Shown one piece after another: positions 46,551 to 56,965 of a DNA stretch of 64,000 bases. Within the stretch, counting starts at the first letter, position 1; each line of letters opens with the position of its first letter. The notes under the pieces are model-generated. The model had not been told where the DNA came from and searched no databases. It saw nothing but the letters and a program-made list of their open reading frames with translations. Source of the stretch: Candidatus Bathyarchaeota archaeon (lineage in GTDB: Archaea; Thermoproteota; Bathyarchaeia; Bathyarchaeales; Bathyarchaeaceae); contig JAOUKN010000001.1 in assembly GCA_029882515.1 (NCBI GenBank), forward strand, positions 5,298 through 69,297, written 5' to 3'. The translations under genes were made by a program, and so were the position numbers.

Positions 46551-47837
46551 ATGGTTGAGTACGACGCGGTCATAGTTGGAGCTGGCATCCTAGGTTTATC
46601 AACTGTATATCATATCAAAAAAAGACATCCAAACAAGGAAATTCTGGTCATAGACAAGCTAAATGCTGCAGGTCAAGCTGCTACTGCTAAAAGTGCGGCT
46701 GCCTTTCGATGTCTATTTTCCTCCAAAACAAACTTCCTTCTTGCAGACTCCTCTGCTGAGTTTTATCGTTATGTACAGGAGGATTTGAACGTCGATCTAA
46801 AGATGAGATGGGTAGGCTATCTATGGCTTTTTAACGAAGAGAATTATGAGAAAACACTTCCGGTGCTAAGAGACCTGTACAAAAAAGGGTTCACGTACGA
46901 AGAATACAACAGCGACGAATTGGCTGAGAAATTGGGTATCCGAACAAATTTCGTTGATGATGAAGAAGCACAGTTAATGGGCTTGGGAAATGCTTACAAA
47001 GGAATTTTCATTCCCAAAGCAGGACTAATTGATGTTGATCTTCTTGTGAAATTCTATGAATCAGAGTTTCTAAGACTAGGCGGGAAGATTCAGTACGTCA
47101 CGAAAGCAGAAAGTGTCGTTGTCGAACCTGGTGAACCTTTAGAAATACCCGGTGAGCCCTACTTCTGGCAAGATGCTAACGTTGTTGGAGTAAACACAAA
47201 TAAAGGTACAATCAAGGCGAAGAAAACTATGATTGTTGGTGGGGCTTGGTCTTCTCAGCTCTTAGACTCTCTTGGAGTCGAATGCCATATTAAGCCGAAG
47301 AAAAGGCAAATTTTCTCTGTAAAAGCCAACACTGACGCTTTGGGAAAATTGTTGTTCACCAAGGGTTTCAATGACGTTGGCTGTTTGCCTTTTACCATTT
47401 TGCCTAATCCCTCAGTGTTAATTAGACCCGTTCTTGAAGAGAATGCTTTCTGGCTGGGTTATGCTGATGAATTTCCAAGGGCTTTCAAACTTGAGGAGGA
47501 CTCGCAGCCTGAGGAAAACTTCTATCAATATGGAATATACCAAGTATTGGTCAAATATTTCCCGCAGTTTTTTGGCTGTCACCCCTTCTCAGCTTTCGCT
47601 GGTTTATACGCTATCAACACCTTGGATAGTCAACCCGTGATTTTTGAAGAAAACCGTTTAATGGTTGTTGGTGGTGCCAGCGGAAGCGGGATCATGAAAG
47701 CTGATGCCATTGGTAGGATTGCCGCAGCGCTTTACAGCGGAGATGAGTATGCCGTTTTGCACGGCGGTAAGGCGATTAAAGTCAGTGATTTAGGCCTGAA
47801 AAACAGGCTTGTGGAACCGGAAAAATTGATTATTTAG
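46551..47837 (+). CDS. FAD-dependent oxidoreductase (DAO family)
   Basis: N-terminal YDAVIVGAGILGLS dinucleotide-binding motif. Confidence 0.8.
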   Translation: MVEYDAVIVGAGILGLSTVYHIKKRHPNKEILVIDKLNAAGQAATAKSAAAFRCLFSSKTNFLLADSSAEFYRYVQEDLNVDLKMRWVGYLWLFNEENYEKTLPVLRDLYKKGFTYEEYNSDELAEKLGIRTNFVDDEEAQLMGLGNAYKGIFIPKAGLIDVDLLVKFYESEFLRLGGKIQYVTKAESVVVEPGEPLEIPGEPYFWQDANVVGVNTNKGTIKAKKTMIVGGAWSSQLLDSLGVECHIKPKKRQIFSVKANTDALGKLLFTKGFNDVGCLPFTILPNPSVLIRPVLEENAFWLGYADEFPRAFKLEEDSQPEENFYQYGIYQVLVKYFPQFFGCHPFSAFAGLYAINTLDSQPVIFEENRLMVVGGASGSGIMKADAIGRIAAALYSGDEYAVLHGGKAIKVSDLGLKNRLVEPEKLII

Positions 47838-47912
47838 AATGCCTATCTATGCTGTTCTCGGACACGCGATACTGTTAACCTGCCGGGATCGGAAATTCGG
47901 ACTCTGTAACTT

Positions 47913-47925
47913 TGCGCACGCGCAT
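47913..47925. repeat. Alternating run tGCGCaCGCGCat
   Basis: Read directly. It abuts the stop of 47926..48282(-). Confidence 0.85.
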
Positions 47926-48282
47926 CTACTTATACCAAAGTAGTTGCTTATCGGGGGAGAACGTCACGCCAGCAATTTTCGCGCCTATATTCAGGACAGG
48001 AGTGAGACCACGTGAAGACAGATAGATATTGCCATCGGGGAGAGGTGGTATGTATACGTCAAGCCATAGGAGAAGTGTATCGTTAGGACTGAGCTCGCTC
48101 AAAGTTGTTTCTAAGTCATTCGAAACTTTTAGTGCGTTGTTTTCTCCACCTGAAACTTTGTACAGTGACGTACTAACAAATAAGAGAGTAGCAAAACACA
48201 GCAACAGACTAGCGGTTTTCTTCTTCAAGTTACCTGAGCCCCAGACATGCTTCATACAAGGTTTCCCCTGTTTCTTCATCAA
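47926..48282 (-). CDS. Secreted hypothetical protein
   Basis: Track ORF with a signal-like segment. The start may be the internal MKHVW (48255). Confidence 0.45.
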   Translation of the reverse strand: MMKKQGKPCMKHVWGSGNLKKKTASLLLCFATLLFVSTSLYKVSGGENNALKVSNDLETTLSELSPNDTLLLWLDVYIPPLPDGNIYLSSRGLTPVLNIGAKIAGVTFSPDKQLLWYK

Positions 48283-48601
48283 TATCGTGGGTCACGAGAT
48301 AGTCAACACCGCCAAGACCTTGAGGATTGATGTGCCACGTTACATGCCAAATTTCATGATCCTTACCGTTTTGTGTTTTGTTTAAGTGACGAGCCTGTAC
48401 CGTATACCAGTCAGCACCCTCCAATAGACTTTGTACAAGCTTTGAGTTTCTGCTTATTTCTATTGCTTCTTCTCTAGTCAGTGAATTTCCTTGTAGTATT
48501 AGTGTGTTTATTGAAGTCAAAGCAAAAGAAGCTATTACAAGTGTCACTATTACTCTTTCTATATTCACAGCCAAGGTTTGACCCGAAGGATAAATATGCA
48601 A
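48230..48601 (-). CDS. Anchored PepSY-like hypothetical protein
   Basis: TM helix, then LTREEAIEISRN...W.V...... a PepSY-like pattern. Weak call. Confidence 0.45.
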   Translation of the reverse strand: MHIYPSGQTLAVNIERVIVTLVIASFALTSINTLILQGNSLTREEAIEISRNSKLVQSLLEGADWYTVQARHLNKTQNGKDHEIWHVTWHINPQGLGGVDYLVTHDIDEETGETLYEACLGLR

Positions 48602-48643
48602 ATAAAAATATAAAAGCCTGATGGAACAATATTAATAATCAAA

Positions 48644-48931
48644 ATGTTAATAACTAAAATGTTGATTGAGTTAAATTATATCTTTTTCAGTCTTATTCTC
48701 GTGATTTATAGTGCGTGGCACTATTTCAGAAAACGAAACAGACATCTACTTTACTTCACCCTAAGTCTGACACTTCTAGCGTTGTCGGCTACATTCCAAA
48801 TGCTTAGTTCAACGCTGATTCATCTAGGAATATACTTTAATGTAACAGCACTAAGGCTCCTTGAATTAATTGGTCTAGCTCTCTTCGCATGCTTCACAAT
48901 ATGTGTGATAGTAGCCTTAAAGAAGATATAA
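48644..48931 (+). CDS. Small membrane protein, 95 aa
   Basis: Track ORF with 3 TM helices. Confidence 0.5.
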   Translation: MLITKMLIELNYIFFSLILVIYSAWHYFRKRNRHLLYFTLSLTLLALSATFQMLSSTLIHLGIYFNVTALRLLELIGLALFACFTICVIVALKKI

Positions 48932-48938
48932 ACTCCCA

Positions 48939-48946
48939 GCGCGCGT
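48939..48946. repeat. (CG)3.5 tract (GCGCGCGt)
   Basis: Read directly. It lies 8 nt downstream of the stop of 48644..48931(+). Confidence 0.85.
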
Positions 48947-49090
48947 CGCGGTCGATGCAGCTATCGTTGTAGAGTCTCCAGCCTCGAATTTCGGAGCAAA
49001 GAACTCCAAGATTTACTCGTAACCAAAAACGGAGTCCAAATATTATAAAGACTTGAGATGCAAATATACTGCTCTTCAGGTTGTGAAAGA

Positions 49091-50926
49091 ATGCACGGTT
49101 GGAACGGTCAGTTCTTGCGAGCAGACTTAACTAAGGGAAAAACGCTCGTCCAAAAGTACGAGGCGAGCTTGGCTAAGAACTTCCTCGGAGGAAGAGGCTT
49201 CGCCATCAAGATTCTCTGGGACGAGTTGACCCCAGGCACAGACGCCTTATCGCCAGACAACAAACTCATTTTTGCAGCGGGGCCATTGACTGCCCTTAGT
49301 CTTCCCAGTAGCGGCAAATTAGTTGCTGCAGCAAAAAGCCCCATCACCAATGGCTATGGAGACGGAAACTTGGGCACATTAGCCACGGTGCAAATGAGGA
49401 GAGCAGGCTACGACGCAATTGTAATCGAAGGAAAAGCCCCAAAGCCTACATTTCTTCGTATAGACGATGCAAAAACAGAACTAGTAGACTGCAGAGATTA
49501 TTGGGGACTTGGCTCCTTCCAAACCGAAAAGCAGCTTAAAAAGGAATATCAAACAAGTACTGGCGTTGTAGCTATAGGCCCAGCTGGGGAAAATCAAGTC
49601 AAATACGCCACAATAGTATCTCAAGAAGGAAGAGCCGGTGGAAGACCCGGAATAGGCGCAGTTATGGGTTCCAAAAACCTTAAAGCCATCGCCATCAATG
49701 GCACGAAAACAATTCCAACAAAAAACCCAGATGACCTGAAAAAACTAGGCTTAGAGGCATATCGAGAGATTCTAAAAAAACCAAACTACGATTTCTGGAA
49801 ACGCCAAGGAACGATGGCAACTATCGAATGGAGTCAAGAAAATAGCGTCCTCCCAACATACAATTACAGGGAAGGAGTTTTCGATCAATCGGACCAGATA
49901 GGCGGGTTTTTAATGGAAAAACTAAAAGTCGCCCAAAGAGGATGCCCACTGTGTAACATGACCTGTGGTAATGTTGTAAAAGATATAGACAATAAGCAAT
50001 CAGAACTGGATTACGAAAATGTTGCCATGTTAGGTTCTGATATAGGTCTCGGTAACCTTAAGAAAATAGCAGCCCTCAACCGACTAGCCGACGATTATGG
50101 GGTAGACACGATTTCGCTCGGCAACACCATAGGTTTTGCCATGGAGGCTTCGGAGAAAAATCTAGTCGACTATAAGATCGAATGGGGTGATTATGAGACG
50201 GCTCGTTCTCTTGTTGACGAGATAGTCTACAAGCGAGGAAAAGTAGGTGCAATGCTCGCTGAAGGAGTACGTTATGTGTCTGAAAGACTTGGTAAAGGGG
50301 CTTCGAGATGGGCAATGCACGTAAAGGGTTTAGAAATGTCCGCTTATGACTGTCACACGACACCTGGAATGGCCTTATCTTTTGCCACATCTTCTGTGGG
50401 CGCGCATCACAAGGATGCATGGATTATATCGTGGGAGGTAAAAACTGGGCGCGAAACTTATGGTGAAGCCAAAGTAGACAAAATCATTGAGCTACAGCAA
50501 CTAAGAGGAGGAGTGTTCGAATGTCTAACAACATGTCGTCTGCCTTGGATTGAAGTAGGGTTCGAACTAGATTGGTATCCCAAATTTTTGAAAGCTGCAA
50601 CAGGTCAAGACATAAGCATGAACAATCTCCGTACAATTGCGGATAGAGTCTTCAATCTGACGCGGGCTTTCTGGGTAAGGGAATACGGAGACCATTGGAG
50701 CAGGAAAATGGATACACCTCCTGCAAGATGGTTTGATCAACCTCTCACAAAAGGCCCTATGAAAGGATCAAAATTAGACAGAACACAGTATGATGCCATG
50801 CTTCAATTATACTATAACAGAAGAGGCTGGGATGCCAGAGGCATACCTACCAAGAAAACGCTAACAAGACTAGGATTACAAGAAGCAGTTCACGAGCTCA
50901 GTAAAAGCGTTCAATTGACCGCATGA
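49091..50926 (+). CDS. aor: Aldehyde:ferredoxin oxidoreductase (tungstopterin AOR family)
   Basis: MHGWNGQFLRADLTKGK N-terminus, a GLGNL..A..N..AD.YG.DTIS region and a 4Fe-4S Cys motif (GCPLCNMTCG). The track ORF starts 33 nt earlier. Confidence 0.92.
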   Translation: MHGWNGQFLRADLTKGKTLVQKYEASLAKNFLGGRGFAIKILWDELTPGTDALSPDNKLIFAAGPLTALSLPSSGKLVAAAKSPITNGYGDGNLGTLATVQMRRAGYDAIVIEGKAPKPTFLRIDDAKTELVDCRDYWGLGSFQTEKQLKKEYQTSTGVVAIGPAGENQVKYATIVSQEGRAGGRPGIGAVMGSKNLKAIAINGTKTIPTKNPDDLKKLGLEAYREILKKPNYDFWKRQGTMATIEWSQENSVLPTYNYREGVFDQSDQIGGFLMEKLKVAQRGCPLCNMTCGNVVKDIDNKQSELDYENVAMLGSDIGLGNLKKIAALNRLADDYGVDTISLGNTIGFAMEASEKNLVDYKIEWGDYETARSLVDEIVYKRGKVGAMLAEGVRYVSERLGKGASRWAMHVKGLEMSAYDCHTTPGMALSFATSSVGAHHKDAWIISWEVKTGRETYGEAKVDKIIELQQLRGGVFECLTTCRLPWIEVGFELDWYPKFLKAATGQDISMNNLRTIADRVFNLTRAFWVREYGDHWSRKMDTPPARWFDQPLTKGPMKGSKLDRTQYDAMLQLYYNRRGWDARGIPTKKTLTRLGLQEAVHELSKSVQLTA

Positions 50927-51041
50927 GCTTACTAATTCTCGCGTTTCCTCTTTATTCAGAAGCCGGGCTTAGTAAGTCCTTCCAGAAGTTTGCATGATTT
51001 ACTCCAGAATCCTTATTAGTCAATGCGAATGAGAGTTTGAT

Positions 51042-51080
51042 CGGCGGGTGAGTGAGGGTTCACCCCCACCCGTTCCGCCG
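51042..51080 (+). other. GC-rich imperfect hairpin (CGGCGG...UUCA...CCGCCG)
   Basis: Folded by hand: 6-bp outer stem plus GUG/CAC and GGG/CCC inner stems with a UUCA loop. It lies 116 nt after the aor stop and 53 nt before the queT start. Confidence 0.5.
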
Positions 51081-51132
51081 TAAATAAACCCCGGGATGTG
51101 GAGGTGAATATACGCGATTTGATGCAAGAGAT

Positions 51133-51657
51133 GTGATTCTTTCAGCGGTTTTCACTAGCTTATATGTAGTTGTAAATGTTATTCAAATGATTTCGATTGG
51201 GAATCCCACTGTTTATGGTCCAGTTCAGCTGCGTATTGCGGACTGTCTCATCGCTTTGTCGGCGCTGTTTGGTTGGCCTGTTGTAGCTGGGGTGACGGTT
51301 GGCTGCTTTCTAACTAACGCATACTATTTTCTTGGTCCGGTGGATGTCGTATTTGGTCCCGTCGCCAACTTAATCTCTGCAAGTGTTATTTTGCTTCTTA
51401 GAAGAAGACAATTATTGGCTTGTATTGTTGGTTCTTTTCCAATAGGCATTGTCGTGGGAGGATACTTGTGGACTTTCCCATTCATTTCAGCACCAGATGT
51501 TCTAGGATTTCTACCTGCGTGGGCAGCTATGACTGTGAGCATCACCATCAGCAGTCTTATAGCTATCGCTGTGATCGGCTACAGTTTGCTCATCATTTTA
51601 AGCAGACCAAATGTCATTGAGCCCTTAAAGTCTCGTGGACTTAAGGCGCTGTCTTGA
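51133..51657 (+). CDS. queT: QueT-family (queuosine precursor) transporter
   Basis: GPVQLRIADCLIALSALFGWPVVAGVTVGCFLTN...VDVVFGPVANLISA matches the QueT pattern. GTG start. Confidence 0.8.
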   Translation: MILSAVFTSLYVVVNVIQMISIGNPTVYGPVQLRIADCLIALSALFGWPVVAGVTVGCFLTNAYYFLGPVDVVFGPVANLISASVILLLRRRQLLACIVGSFPIGIVVGGYLWTFPFISAPDVLGFLPAWAAMTVSITISSLIAIAVIGYSLLIILSRPNVIEPLKSRGLKALS

Positions 51658-51673
51658 AATCCATGGTGCGGGC

Positions 51674-54367
51674 TTACATGAACCTTTCAAGTTTAGTTAG
51701 CCCGATTATTTCATTGAAGTTTAGTCCCATCGCATCCAAAACTTGATCGAAAGTTGACTGTAAATAGGCGACATACTTATCCACATCTATTTCGCTATTG
51801 GAAGCCAACTCAACAGGCTTTACATGAGGATCTTTTGTCACTTTCACAAAACTAATTAAGTCACCTGCTTTCAGTTCGTAGCCTCTCTTCTGGAGGAGGG
51901 TGGCAGCTTTAACGTGCTGGGGTGTCGTCTTTGTATATCGTTCTGGAGTTTTTCCGAGAACCACCTGAAACGCAAGTTCATCTGGGGTCTCTCCCCAGTC
52001 GCGTCGTTTTAGTCTTAGATAGCGATCTTGAACGATTTTTCGGATGTCCTTTTTGGCTGTTTCAAACTCTATGGGTGACTTCACTTGTGCTAGGCGTTCT
52101 TCCATCTGGTCAAAGGCTTCCTTGATAAACATGGGGATATGTCTCTTTTTTCCAGTTAATCCCTTAACATCGACACTTCCATCCGGGAAAACTCCAAGAT
52201 AGTTCTTTTTTCTTGAACTGAAGACTGAATAGCGATAGATCTTGTCTACGTCTAATTCCATTCCTAATTCTTTTTCTGACCATTTAGCGATTGAGTTAAT
52301 TTGACTCGGGGATGGGCCTTTCAAGAAGATGCTATCCGTGTCTCCATAAATAACTTCAATTCCTGATTCTCTCGCCTTCTTAATTGACTGTGTTATTACA
52401 TGTCTTCCAATAGAAGCAGTCGCTTCAGCAACTGGGGGACAATACAAATCAAAAGATTCTGCACCAAAAACTCCATAACTCGCATTAAGAATAACCTTGA
52501 GTGCACTCTGTATAACATCATACCAACTTCGCAGTTCAGCTGACAATGTTTTGTCTTTTGATTTTGGCTTATACCACCTCACTCTCAGATCCCTCAAGGC
52601 TCCTACTAGTAGACTTTCAAGGGCTTGCTGTCTCTTGCACACCCAGTGAGGAGTCTCAGGCACCTTATTGTCCTTGCATTCCTCATGGGAACAAAGAATG
52701 GTTTGGTAGCCCAAGTTGTAAACTTTGATTATTGAGGGGTATAGACTGGCAAAGTCCATGACTGCTACGTTGAAGTGTACACCGGGTACTGGTTCAACCA
52801 CAATTGCTCCCTTGTACTTCTTGCCTTTTATGATCGCTTTTGTGGCAGTTGTTCCCTTTAGAGTAAGTATGTCTTCAGCGTTGGGAATCAGCATTCCTCT
52901 TCTTCGATGTTCATGATAAAGAAAGTTTCGAATCCATCTTGAGACTCCTTGTCGACTGACATCTTCCATGGGCATACGACTAATTCTTGTAAGAGCCAAG
53001 ATGAGTTTCATGACTAAGTTGTCATCAAAGGTTGTCAAGCGAAGTGTAATTTCTGCATCCCGAAAACAATAATGGGCAAGCTCCGTGTACGTTAATTGGG
53101 ACATGGGTTTTGTAAGTTCAATTTTGGAGACACCTATTAGAGCCTTGCCGACGTTATCTAAAGTTAGGTCGCGATATTTCTGACTAAATGCATAGATCTG
53201 AATGGATTTGTTGAAGAAGAACTTATACAAATCGATGTGAAGGTTGTGAGTGAGCAAACAAACTCTTCTACCGAGTTCGATGGGAATCTGGTTTCTCCTA
53301 AAGCCAAATTTTTGGGCCCGATGAAACAAATATCGAAGATCAAAATCGTCGCCGTTAAACGTAATAACAAAAGGATAGTCACAGAGAGTGTCAAAAATCC
53401 CCGTAATCAGTTTTTCTTCAGAACTATAATATTCAACACTGACGTCCGAAGGTATCTTTACAATGCCCTCTCTAATACTGTCTCGTTCTAAGAGCAGAAT
53501 TCTCTTTTTTCCGTCGGATCCATAAAGTGAGGCACAAATCACTGGATGCTCAGCTTCACGAGGATCAGGGACACGTGAAGTTTTTATGCCTTCACGCTCT
53601 ATTAGGGGAGGCAAAACTTCGATATCAAGGGCCACTCTTCGGAATTTTGGTGCTGGATATTCAAGTAGCCTTGCCCACATTTTGATATATTGCAGAAACT
53701 CTTTAGATTCGTCTCGGAATAACTCTAGGATTTTCTTAATGGTTTCCTCGGAAGTTTCATGTTGTGCACGAGCAAGTTTCTGATTGTCTATTTTATAGAG
53801 CATGCCGGGAGCTAGATCCCGGTCATAAATGTAACATTGATAATATTTGATGGCTGCTTCCCATACTTTGACGGGTTGTTCTATGCCGGTTGTTTTTGGG
53901 TATTCCTGTGGAATAATGTCTCTTATACAGCCTACTGGACGTCCTCCAATTGCTAGAGGGTCTTTGGCGACAACTTTTGTCACGGTGACCTGACGATCTA
54001 GAAGGGGGTCATACTTTTTCACTAATTCAACGTGATCGAATCCATGATGGGTCTTTAGGCGATCAATTTTTTCGAGTTCAATGGGCGATAGGTTTGTTAG
54101 GCAATAAGGTTTGTGTCCAGTGTTGTCGTACCAGTAATAGATTTTCTCAGATTTCGGCTCATACAGTTTCAGACGCGCAGAACCCTTCTTCCCATCGTAA
54201 GTGGCTGACACAAAATATGAAGGAGGCAGATTTTGGGGAATACGGTCAAAACTTTGAGGTTTCTTTTCTTCTGATGTCTTCTCTTCTGAAGGCTTGGACT
54301 CTCCTTTCCCTTTTTCCACCAAAGTATCGGCAGATCTTAAGAACGCATCTAAACTTGTCTTTGCCAT
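51674..54367 (-). CDS. polB: Family B DNA polymerase
   Basis: ExoI ALDIEV, Pol motif A DFASLYPSII, motif C YGDTDS. 897 aa. No intein. Confidence 0.95.
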   Translation of the reverse strand: MAKTSLDAFLRSADTLVEKGKGESKPSEEKTSEEKKPQSFDRIPQNLPPSYFVSATYDGKKGSARLKLYEPKSEKIYYWYDNTGHKPYCLTNLSPIELEKIDRLKTHHGFDHVELVKKYDPLLDRQVTVTKVVAKDPLAIGGRPVGCIRDIIPQEYPKTTGIEQPVKVWEAAIKYYQCYIYDRDLAPGMLYKIDNQKLARAQHETSEETIKKILELFRDESKEFLQYIKMWARLLEYPAPKFRRVALDIEVLPPLIEREGIKTSRVPDPREAEHPVICASLYGSDGKKRILLLERDSIREGIVKIPSDVSVEYYSSEEKLITGIFDTLCDYPFVITFNGDDFDLRYLFHRAQKFGFRRNQIPIELGRRVCLLTHNLHIDLYKFFFNKSIQIYAFSQKYRDLTLDNVGKALIGVSKIELTKPMSQLTYTELAHYCFRDAEITLRLTTFDDNLVMKLILALTRISRMPMEDVSRQGVSRWIRNFLYHEHRRRGMLIPNAEDILTLKGTTATKAIIKGKKYKGAIVVEPVPGVHFNVAVMDFASLYPSIIKVYNLGYQTILCSHEECKDNKVPETPHWVCKRQQALESLLVGALRDLRVRWYKPKSKDKTLSAELRSWYDVIQSALKVILNASYGVFGAESFDLYCPPVAEATASIGRHVITQSIKKARESGIEVIYGDTDSIFLKGPSPSQINSIAKWSEKELGMELDVDKIYRYSVFSSRKKNYLGVFPDGSVDVKGLTGKKRHIPMFIKEAFDQMEERLAQVKSPIEFETAKKDIRKIVQDRYLRLKRRDWGETPDELAFQVVLGKTPERYTKTTPQHVKAATLLQKRGYELKAGDLISFVKVTKDPHVKPVELASNSEIDVDKYVAYLQSTFDQVLDAMGLNFNEIIGLTKLERFM

Positions 54368-54515
54368 TCTTTTTTTGTCCCATCTGATATGTGTCTAATG
54401 TCCTAAAAAAACTCTGTGATCAATACAGTCAACCGTTATCTTCTATTTCTTCATATGATAATACAGCGCACCTAATTCATGACAAAATAGAAATAGGCGT
54501 GAAATGTGAGAATAC

Positions 54516-54986
54516 TTGGAGAAAATGTGTTATTTGACGATAGGCTATTATGTGGTATGCCTTAGTCCTTTGTTGTCCATACTTGTCTACATATATGTTC
54601 CTGAACTCTTAGTAGGACCAAGTTACGACTGGCTTCATCCGATGATAGTTTATACAGGAATACATACATTGATCATAGGCGTCCAATTGTGTGGAATATT
54701 TCTCTATCTTCTATGGTATAGAAATGAGAGGATAGAATCTAAGCAATTGCCCTTTGTGAGACTCTCTAGCGTTCTTCTTATACTGTGGGGTGGTCTTGTA
54801 GGCTTGTTTGTAGCTGGCTTTTGGAACAAGGAGGTGCTACCTTGGAGCAGGTTGCCCGGTGTTAGAGGGCTCATAATTTGGGATTACCTGCAATTTGTAT
54901 CTTGGGCTCTCAAGGGCTTTCTGTGGATCGCCTCGGGTCTACTATTCCTCGTCATTTTCCAATTCCAAAGACACAAAAAAAGCTAA
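54516..54986 (+). CDS. Membrane protein, 156 aa
   Basis: Track ORF with 4 TM helices. Confidence 0.5.
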   Translation: MEKMCYLTIGYYVVCLSPLLSILVYIYVPELLVGPSYDWLHPMIVYTGIHTLIIGVQLCGIFLYLLWYRNERIESKQLPFVRLSSVLLILWGGLVGLFVAGFWNKEVLPWSRLPGVRGLIIWDYLQFVSWALKGFLWIASGLLFLVIFQFQRHKKS

Positions 54987-55147
54987 AACCTGAAGAACTA
55001 GATAGAACTCGCCCTTCTAAATCATGCGCTTTGACCGAAAAATGTTCTTAGCAAAAAGGCTCCCACTGTTATCGTATTGCTTAAAATGCCATAAGTCCTG
55101 AAGAGTTAACAGAAACGTGGTATACTATTCGTGATGGGAGAATTAGG

Positions 55148-56482
55148 TTGTTACGAGATGCTTGGGCGCTGGCTATTGAAACGTTGAGCTGGATCGAGTT
55201 ACGGAAGTTGGGAGAGCGATTAGCGTTAAGCAAAGCCGCCCGACAACTGGAGATAGGGGATTCAAAGACCCTAGGATTAGCGCACAAACTGGTTTGTGAG
55301 ACGATTCGAGCAAAGAATCTTGTTGACTATCTTCTAAATTCAGCGTTAATGCCTCGGTCACTCACGGACCTCAAGCTTGGCTTGCGGGCTTTTCTTCGTT
55401 TGTATACATACGAAACGCAGATAGTTGGTCACGGTCTTGAGAAAGCTATTGATATGACACGGATTGGTCGTTCCATATTGGGTTGGCAAGAGTTTTCAGA
55501 GGTTGAGGAAACCCTAGGTAGGATACTTGATACGCAGCCCAATGTTCTCTTGCAATATCTGAGTGATGAAGAGAAACTCGGGTTATCCACCTATAATCCG
55601 CGATGGTTTGTGAAATATTGTTTCAAAATGTTTGGAAGAAAAGAAGCCTTACGCTTCTTGGAAAGTTCTAGGGAAATTCCTGCGACGTACATAAGGATAA
55701 ACACGTTGAAAGGACCTGAAGAGAAATTAGTTGAGAGTATAGAAAGAGAACAGGTTGTTCTCGAGAAGGTGAAGTCACTCAGATACACGTACAAAGTGGA
55801 TAAGAATCGGCGACCCCTTACGAGAACACAAAGTTTTCGAGATGGTTTCTTCTTTATTCAAGACAAGGCTAGTTGTCTCAGTGTGGAAGTTGCCAATCCG
55901 GCATCAGGTGCAACGGTGCTTGATGTGTGTGCTGCCCCTGGAGCGAAAACAACGTACTTAGCGCAAGTAATGGAGAATAAAGGCACTATTTATTCGATAG
56001 ATTATTCGAAACGTAGAATGAAGGTTTGGAAAAGAGAAATAGAAAGAATGGGCGCTGAAGTCAGTGCTGCAGTTATTGCTGATGCTCGTAAGCCTTTGCC
56101 TATTACGGTGTTGGCTGATTTGGTTATTTTAGATCCTCCTTGCACTAGTACTGGAGCCTTTGGGAAAGTTCCTTCGGCAAAGTGGAGGCTTACAAAGAGA
56201 TCGGTGTCAAGAATGGTGAAGTTGCAGTGGGAAATGTTGGACCAGTGTGCAGAGTACGTAAAGAATGAAGGGTTCTTAGTATATTCGACGTGTAGTGTTA
56301 CCTTAGAAGAGAATGAGATGTTGATTGAACGGTTTCTGAAATGGCATCCAACATTTACGTTTGTAGAGACTTTACCAAGAATAGGCCTACCTGGGCTGAG
56401 AGGTCAGAGCAAATGTCAAAGACTGTATCCTCACCTTCATGAATGTAACGGCTTCTTTGTTGCAAAACTTTTGAAAGAGTAG
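55148..56482 (+). CDS. NOL1/NOP2/Sun-family RNA (cytosine-C5) methyltransferase
   Basis: LDVCAAPGAKTTYLAQ (SAM), DPPCTSTG (motif IV Cys) and YSTCS (motif VI Cys). Confidence 0.9.
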   Translation: MLRDAWALAIETLSWIELRKLGERLALSKAARQLEIGDSKTLGLAHKLVCETIRAKNLVDYLLNSALMPRSLTDLKLGLRAFLRLYTYETQIVGHGLEKAIDMTRIGRSILGWQEFSEVEETLGRILDTQPNVLLQYLSDEEKLGLSTYNPRWFVKYCFKMFGRKEALRFLESSREIPATYIRINTLKGPEEKLVESIEREQVVLEKVKSLRYTYKVDKNRRPLTRTQSFRDGFFFIQDKASCLSVEVANPASGATVLDVCAAPGAKTTYLAQVMENKGTIYSIDYSKRRMKVWKREIERMGAEVSAAVIADARKPLPITVLADLVILDPPCTSTGAFGKVPSAKWRLTKRSVSRMVKLQWEMLDQCAEYVKNEGFLVYSTCSVTLEENEMLIERFLKWHPTFTFVETLPRIGLPGLRGQSKCQRLYPHLHECNGFFVAKLLKE

Positions 56483-56600
56483 TTGACTTCGGATTAAGGC
56501 TGTGTCGTGCGAGACCCTAAATATCAAAGACATGTGGGGACTACATCTTCTTTCGATGAATGCGAGTGGGCCTTTCTGTAGCTGCTTTTGCTGTCGAAAT

Positions 56601-56807
56601 TCATTCTTCTTCCACGGTTATTGCTTCGGTTGGGCATGAAGTTACACAGGCCATGCAGAGGATGCAATCATCTGGTCTAACGGGTACTGATTTCTGTGTG
56701 TCTGGATGTTCAGGAAGGTCTTGCAGTTCAAAGACATCTACTGGACAAACATCCACGCAGACTCCGTCACCGTTGCATTTGGTTCGGTCAACCTCAACTT
56801 TTGGCAT
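56601..56807 (-). CDS. 2x[4Fe-4S] ferredoxin
   Basis: CNGDGVCVDVCP and CILCMACVTSCP. Confidence 0.85.
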   Translation of the reverse strand: MPKVEVDRTKCNGDGVCVDVCPVDVFELQDLPEHPDTQKSVPVRPDDCILCMACVTSCPTEAITVEEE

Positions 56808-56965
56808 GTTTATCTGACCTCAGATATTGCCTAATCAGCGTGTAGAGATTTTAATATTTTCCGTTGTCACCCAGCTTTTGTGGGATGCCACGTTTTTGCA
56901 AATCGATATCAGCGAAGAGAAAATTGCTACTAAGCTTCGCATCTTTTTTTGGCACAGCAATAATC

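Noticed and set aside
51042-51080. tRNA or tRNA-derived att fragment, because of GGGTTCAC..CCC.
   Set aside because: The loop UUCACCC does not fit the T-loop consensus (UUCRANY with A at position 5). No D arm or anticodon arm can be drawn from the flanks.
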